DNA of 63,279 nucleotides, filler included, from Globobulimina sp. (Eukaryota): NCBI GenBank assembly GCA_003354225.1. It is 17 parts of 17 records of this genome, joined end to end, with 100 filler letters (N's around TTAATTAATTAA, not from the genome) between each part and the next. Parts side by side here need not be neighbours in the genome. Positions count along the whole stretch, not along the records: positions 55,929 to 59,554 come from PIVH01002370.1; positions 59,655 to 63,279 come from PIVH01002371.1; 15 more parts are not named here. One strand, 5' to 3'. Shown piece by piece: positions 57,638 to 63,279 of this stretch (position 1 is its first letter; each line of letters starts with the position of its first letter). The notes under the pieces were generated by a model. It saw only the letters and a program-made list of their open reading frames with translations, ran no database searches and was not told where the DNA came from. The position numbers and the translations under genes were made by a program.

Positions 57638-58508
57638 ATGGCAACAAAGAAAAAAAAGCACAACAAAGAAAAAGAAACATTTATTCGAGAGTATGGGTTT
57701 GGCGCAAAATTAAATATCACAAAATTAGATATCCATCAAGATCCTAAAGGAATTTGGTCGGGAGGCATTGGTTTGTTTTTTCTTGAATTATATCACTATA
57801 TTAATATGGAATGCATGATAATAATGGCCAGGCGCAACAGTGTGGGACGCCGGTATTGTGCTATCAAAGTATTTCGAGGCAAACAAACTATTAATACACA
57901 ATAAGAGTGTCTTAGAGATTGGAAGTGGCACAGGTTTGGTTGGAATGGCTTGTTCGAAGTTAGGCGCAAAAGCTGTATTATTCACAGATAAAGACTGTGC
58001 GATGCCATTATTGAATAAAAATTTATTTGAAAATTTTTATAAACACTATTCAATAAACACAACAAAGGAAAAAGATAGAAATGAGAATGAGGAGAAGGAC
58101 GAAGAGAAGAATGATAAAACATTGTTATTATCAAAAGAATTGACATGGGGCGATGCCAAACAACTGGATTCATTGTGTAATTTTATGAAAACACATTATG
58201 CTAAATTCGATTCAATGTTTGATGTTATCATTTTATCGGATTGCATTTGTTGGAAAGAGCTGCATCGACCATTGGTGCAAACATTGCAATGTATTGTCGG
58301 ATTTATTGCCAAAAACAATAAAAATAAGCAAATACCGCCAATCATAATGAGTTATGAGATAAGAAAAGATTATGAAGAACAGAATTTCTTTCAATTATTA
58401 ACGCAAATCAACTGGACATACAAGCAAATAAAATTGGACAGTATTGACCCTATGTATGTGTGTCAGGAACTTATTCTGTGGAACATCACACCAAAATTAC
58501 ACCAATAA
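57638..58508 (+). CDS. METTL21/Methyltransf_16-family protein-lysine methyltransferase; 2 exons
   Basis: GIG/ATVWDAGIVL via intron 57771-57831; VLEIGSGTGLVG, LTWG, DVIILSDC. Confidence 0.88.
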
Positions 58509-58607
58509 TTAAATATGTTGATTAGTCACATCTCTTTAATTATTAGTCACACCAATAATTAAAAAAAAAGGTTTTCAGTCACATCTCTAAAACAAAACAA
58601 AACAATA

Positions 58608-59554
58608 ATGGCAAACCAACAACAGCAAGTAGTTGTAATGGCCCCAATGGGGCAAACCCAAAATGCACAACAGACCGGCGGTGAATTCAATGCAGGTCAA
58701 ACGGGTCAAACGCAAACAGTGGTGGTAGTGCAACAACAGCCAGCCGCGGCCACGCAACTGAGTGACGGTGACAGATTCCCCAGATGGCCATATTTAATAT
58801 TTGGAATTGGAATGGCCTCCTATCATTTTGTATACATGTGGTTTTTTACAATTTTGGCAATCATAGCAAATGAATATGCCGCAGATGGCTATGGTTCATT
58901 ATTTTTTTTCTGCGGCGCACTTCCATCCATCATTGCCTTCGTGTGGTTGATAAGCGATTCGACGGTTTTTTGTGCAAATCCGGGCACTGGCGATATTACG
59001 AAAATATGTTGCTGTGAATGTGTGAATGGCTATGCCATGGCCGTACCGATGGCGATTGCGGCCTTTCTACGCTTGATATTATGGATTACATTTTTTGGTC
59101 TTTTAGCCGATGTATTAAATGCAGCCGAGGCGGAAACAGCCATTGATAATGTTTTTTGGATGATTGTGAGTCTCGGCGCCTTTGATGTGGGTCCATTGAT
59201 ATTATGCGCCATTGACTGGTGGTGGTATTACGGCAAAAGAGATTATAACGGCTTATTTGGAAATAAATTAAAGCCTTTACGCTGTATTACCGGCGAAAGC
59301 ATTGTGATTATGATAATTTCGTGGGCTCTGATTGCTGTATTTGAAGAGTATGCGGACGACGCGGCTGCAGTTATATGGCCGTGGATATTGCACGGAATTG
59401 TCTCCACTGTCATAATAGTATTCGCTGCATTTTTGCAGTTTTCTGGTGAGATATATGTCTAAAAATAAAAAACATACCATCGGTTCTTGAGTTATACGCA
59501 GATTCGCGAATTATTAATAATATTTTGTGTATAATATATAGGTTCGATTTCAGG
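58608..59554 (+). CDS. Multi-pass membrane protein with Gln-rich N-terminus, 3'-partial
   Basis: About 6 TM segments; probable intron starting near 59446 (GTGAG). Confidence 0.65.
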
Positions 59555-59831
59555 NNNNNNNNNNNNNNNNNNNNNNNNNNNNNNNNNNNNNNNNNNNNTT
59601 AATTAATTAANNNNNNNNNNNNNNNNNNNNNNNNNNNNNNNNNNNNNNNNNNNNAACTTCCACCACTATTTGGAAGCTGTGAAGCACAGATTTGTGTTAG
59701 GCACATCTTTGGGGACTAGGAAATATGGTTATTGGTCTGCACAACATTTGAAGAAAATCACAACACGTTCTTTGTGTTTATGTATATCCCCGATAATTTG
59801 AGAGTGCACAAGACAATACAGACAATAATAT

Positions 59832-59895
59832 GGGGGACTAGCTCAATCGGAAGAGCGCAACGTTGAGGCACCGGGATCGAAACCCGGGTTCTCCA
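59832..59895 (+). tRNA. tRNA-Ala-derived gene lacking the anticodon loop (pseudo-tRNA or tRNA-like RNA)
   Basis: Acceptor GGGGGAC/GTTCTCC-A with G3:U70; D arm GCTC-AATCGGAA-GAGC; T arm CCGGG-ATCGAAA-CCCGG; anticodon arm reduced to CAACGTTG. Confidence 0.85.
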
Positions 59896-59900
59896 TTATA

Positions 59901-59906
59901 TTTTTT
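59901..59906 (+). terminator. Pol III oligo-T terminator
   Basis: T6 run 5 nt after the tRNA discriminator base. Confidence 0.6.
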
Positions 59907-59976
59907 CTGGAAAATGCTGTTCATCAGCAGACATCATGGCTGCCGTTTACCTTTCTTACTCAAATTTGGAGACGCA

Positions 59977-60863
59977 ATGCTATTATTTTCAACAATCGAA
60001 GAATGGAAAGAAGTGTCAGCGTTTCCCAACTATCATGTGTCAACATTAGGAAAAATTAAAAATATTCGGACAAATAGAATGCGTTTTATTAATTATGCCA
60101 ACTTTCAAAAGTTTGGACAACGTGCACAAGTCCGTCTTTATTCTAACGGCAAATCACAAATATTTTATGTAAACCGATTGATATTATCAACATTTTCTCC
60201 TGTAGATAATTGGCGTAAATTGCAAGCCAACCATATTGATGGCGATCACCACTGCAGAATGGATGACCAATGCAGAGAATCAGAAACATGCACATAAAAT
60301 TGGACTTGCAAATCCAGGCCGAATTAAGAGCTGTCATTCTAAAATGTCAACTCACGCAGACACAATTTGAATTTGAATCTGTTCGGAAATGTTATGATTA
60401 TTTGATTGAGATGACAGCATTTACATGCTGTAAACCGTACATATCTAGACTGTGTGCTTTGAGAGCTTCTAAGTTCGGTTATCTATTCGAATACGCAGAC
60501 AAAACTAGATATGAGCACTCAGTTAGCGACAAATCAAATGAGCATTGGAAACTGTGCCATGTTAATTATAGTGGATGGAAATATTTTGTAAGTAATTTTG
60601 GAAGAGTAAAACTGGTATATCCACTCAAAGAAGTATTAAAAAAGTGTTATAAGCATTGTGGATACTGGAAAGTCACAATTTGTGGCAATCAACACACTGT
60701 ACATCGATTGGTTGCAAAATATCACGTAGTAAATCCACATAATTATGGTATGGTTGATCATATTGATACCAATACGGACAACAACGATGCGAGTAATTTA
60801 AGATGGGTTTCAGGTCAGTCTGAAAATCAAAAAAAAACCCAACACATTGCGCAAAAGATATAA
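59977..60863 (+). pseudogene. Tandem NUMOD4-HNH homing-endonuclease-like gene, frameshifted
   Basis: EEWKEVSAFPNYHVSTLGKIKN...ANHIDGD, then EWMTNAENQKHA in another frame. Second unit EHWK...YFVSNFGRVK...HRLVA...VDHIDTNTDNNDASNLRWV. Frame breaks near 60255 and 60325. Confidence 0.8.
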
Positions 60864-61024
60864 GATAACAAGATGTAATATAAATGATTTTGAATAAAAA
60901 ATATGTTGCGCTTCGGTACCACTTTTAACAACACTAAAAATATTGTAGTCATATTACTTTTATGCAAACAAGCATTGTATAATACATTTTACGATTTTCT
61001 CACAGTCACTCAGTCTTACAAAGC

Positions 61025-62329
61025 ATGCGCAACTCATTAACTCGTCTGCTCACTCGACACACCGCTCATTCATATCCCTCCTCATCACTCATTCGAACCT
61101 TCTCATCTCAAACACAATTACCCTTTCAGTTCAAACCAGACTCAGCGACCGCAATCCTCGACGATGAGACCTTAGAGTTCAAAAACTATTGCTTCGAGTT
61201 TGCGCAGCGATTCATAGCACCCTTAGCCGAATCAACTGACAGCAACAACACCTTTCCACACGAATTATGGAAAACACTCGGTTCCCATGGCTTATTAGGC
61301 ATCACTGCGCCCGAACAATATGGCGGCTTAAACAAAGGCTATTTGTACCATTGCATAGCAGTGGAAGAAATATCGCGCGCCTCGGCCTCTATAGGCTTAT
61401 CCTACAGTGCCCATTCGAACTTATGTGTAAACCAATTCGTAATCAACGCGTCAGAGGCCCAAAAACAAAAATATTTGCCCGCCCTAATCAGCGGCGAATC
61501 CGTCGGCGCGTTGGCTATGAGCGAAACCGGCGCGGGCTCCGACGTCGTGTCTATGAAATGCAAAGCCAGCCATTCCCCGACAGACAGCTCCTACACTTTG
61601 AATGGACACAAATTTTGGATCACCAATGGGCCCGACGCAGATATCTGTATTGTGTACGCAAAAACTGACGCCACAGCAAAGGAGAAACATGGCATCACTG
61701 CTTTCATAGTGGAGACGCAACTGAAAGGCTTCAGTTGCGCACAGAAACTGGACAAGCTCGGAATGCGCGGCAGTAATACCGGCGAGCTTTTATTTGACAG
61801 CGTGACAGTGCCCGAGGAGAATATATTGGGCGTTTTGAACGAAGGCGTCAATGTTTTGATGCGTGGCTTGGACTATGAACGCTTGATTTTGGCAGCGGGA
61901 CCGGTGGGGATTATGCAGTCCTGTTTGGATGTGGCCATCCCATACACGATGGAACGGAAACAGTTTGGACAGCCGGTGGGCACTTTTCAATTAATGCAGG
62001 GCAAGTTGGCGGACATGATGGTGCAGACTAATGTGTGCAGAGCGTATTTATATACGTGCGCCAAGGCAGCGGATGAAGGGAAGTCTGGCCGGCAGGACTG
62101 TGCCGGCGTCATTTTGTACTGCGCAGAGACTGCGACGAGAGTGGCTTTGGACGCGATTCAGTGTTTGGGCGGCAATGGATATATGAATGAGTATCCAACG
62201 GGGAGGTTTTTGAGAGATGCTAAGTTGTACGAAATTGGAGCTGGCACGTCGGAGATAAGGAGGTTTTTAATTGGTAGAGCGATTGGAGAGGAATATTTGG
62301 GAAAGGATGAGATAAAAAAATATACATAA
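61025..62329 (+). CDS. IVD: Isovaleryl-CoA dehydrogenase, mitochondrial
   Basis: Presequence; [71 protein letters not shown]. Confidence 0.96.
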   Translation: MRNSLTRLLTRHTAHSYPSSSLIRTFSSQTQLPFQFKPDSATAILDDETLEFKNYCFEFAQRFIAPLAESTDSNNTFPHELWKTLGSHGLLGITAPEQYGGLNKGYLYHCIAVEEISRASASIGLSYSAHSNLCVNQFVINASEAQKQKYLPALISGESVGALAMSETGAGSDVVSMKCKASHSPTDSSYTLNGHKFWITNGPDADICIVYAKTDATAKEKHGITAFIVETQLKGFSCAQKLDKLGMRGSNTGELLFDSVTVPEENILGVLNEGVNVLMRGLDYERLILAAGPVGIMQSCLDVAIPYTMERKQFGQPVGTFQLMQGKLADMMVQTNVCRAYLYTCAKAADEGKSGRQDCAGVILYCAETATRVALDAIQCLGGNGYMNEYPTGRFLRDAKLYEIGAGTSEIRRFLIGRAIGEEYLGKDEIKKYT

Positions 62330-62670
62330 TGCAGGATTTATGATGATGTCGTTATTTGTTTTTCGAGACTGAGTAATATATATTTAACATTTTAGCATAA
62401 GTAATTTATAAATCGACTATTTTAATTAGTTTGTTACGTTTCAAAAATTGTATGAACATAATATTAATCGAAATGAATCAAATTAAAGGATTTATATTAT
62501 AACAGGCAAAGTTGTCCCAATACTTTGTTTTTAATCATCAATAGTTTTTAGTACAATAAGTCAATAACTCTAATGACTCAAGAAATGTTTTAATAATTAA
62601 AGTTTTAGAAACGTTTTATTGTGCAAGGATATAAACAAATCTGTTAACAAAATATTAATCAAATAACGCA

Positions 62671-63279
62671 TCAATATCCACCTTGGTCACCAAACACTTT
62701 TGTAATTTCATCATTAAATGGATTTGTATCTGGTATCCAATAACTCATATTTTGTTGTAAATTATTCCAAACCACTTGCGCCAATAAACTATTTGCAATT
62801 TGATTGGGATGAAATCCATCCACAGCTTCAATTAATTGCCATGTTTCTCCACCCATTGCATGCCATATATCAATAACTTGACCCAATGGGAAATCAATAT
62901 ATTGTAAAGTTATATTTTCAAAACTTTCCGTTTCTGTTAAATTCTTTAAAGACTTACTTAATTCATCAGCTCTGGTCTGCGTAAGTTGCCTCATCGTAGC
63001 ATTGCTATTCATCCATCCATAACATGGCGATATCAGCAAACAATTCAAATAATCATAAAGTGCGGAATATGTAACATCTTGATTTAACCAGCCAATCGGA
63101 TGTATTTTATCATGCATTGAATCATATAAAACGGTGCCATTCGCTAATCCCATTGTCAATATTCTTGAACCATTTGGTAATACGCTATCTAAATAAGTAA
63201 AACTTTCCATATTATTCGCATAGAATTCCTGTGGTGTTGTCATATGAGAAGTGCCTGGATGTCCGGAACAAACATCATT
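62671..63279 (-). CDS. AOAH: Acyloxyacyl hydrolase (SGNH), C-terminal fragment
   Basis: LYDYLNCL.ISPC.GWM..N.T.R, WQLIEAVDGFHPNQIA, NPFN..I..VFGDQGGY. Confidence 0.9.
   Translation of the reverse strand, partial: NDVCSGHPGTSHMTTPQEFYANNMESFTYLDSVLPNGSRILTMGLANGTVLYDSMHDKIHPIGWLNQDVTYSALYDYLNCLLISPCYGWMNSNATMRQLTQTRADELSKSLKNLTETESFENITLQYIDFPLGQVIDIWHAMGGETWQLIEAVDGFHPNQIANSLLAQVVWNNLQQNMSYWIPDTNPFNDEITKVFGDQGGY

Noticed and set aside
59863-59976. N-terminal extension of the HNH ORF (MRHRDRNPGSP...)
   Set aside because: It starts at a TTG inside the tRNA-like sequence; the NUMOD4 domain begins after the ATG at 59977.
1-63279. Alternative genetic code or a prokaryotic operon/defence system
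   Set aside because: Conserved genes end in TAA or TGA and translate with the standard code. Apparent internal stops mostly resolve as GT-AG introns, and adjacent contigs are unlinked.

Overview
This window is not one locus. It holds 17 unrelated contigs of about 3.63 kb each, in decreasing length order, joined by artificial 100-nt linkers (N-run + TTAATTAATTAA + N-run). Contigs: 1-3631, 3732-7362, 7463-11092, 11193-14822, 14923-18552, 18653-22281, 22382-26010, 26111-29739, 29840-33468, 33569-37196, 37297-40923, 41024-44650, 44751-48376, 48477-52102, 52203-55828, 55929-59554, 59655-63279. Neighbourhood across linkers is meaningless. The DNA is AT-rich, gene-dense eukaryotic nuclear sequence using the standard code, with short GT-AG introns (mostly 50-80 nt). 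A foraminiferan/rhizarian protist is inferred from the gene families, not proven. Recognisable genes: separase, ALG12, trehalase, PP2A B56, Gemin2, TRMT10, a METTL21-like methyltransferase, IVD, AOAH, 2-Cys peroxiredoxin, thioredoxin, a class-3 lipase, a PhyH dioxygenase, a chitin deacetylase, a C9orf72-like DENN protein, an RBR E3 and several 7TM/7TM-RGS proteins. Best leads: (1) a YHS-type candidate selenoprotein missed by the ORF track, with an in-frame TGA in PQYGGF*DYG; (2) a 262-bp MITE with perfect TIRs, an 8-bp TSD and palindromic internal repeats, inserted into an ADP-ribosyltransferase-like gene; (3) a tRNA-Ala lacking its anticodon loop, directly followed by a decayed NUMOD4/HNH endonuclease; (4) a secreted CBM1 plus lysozyme-like protein whose CBM1 needs a 12-nt micro-exon; (5) a C-type lectin protein with a polycationic RRPKR(L/R)HK repeat. 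All family calls come from motif recognition by eye; no searches were run.
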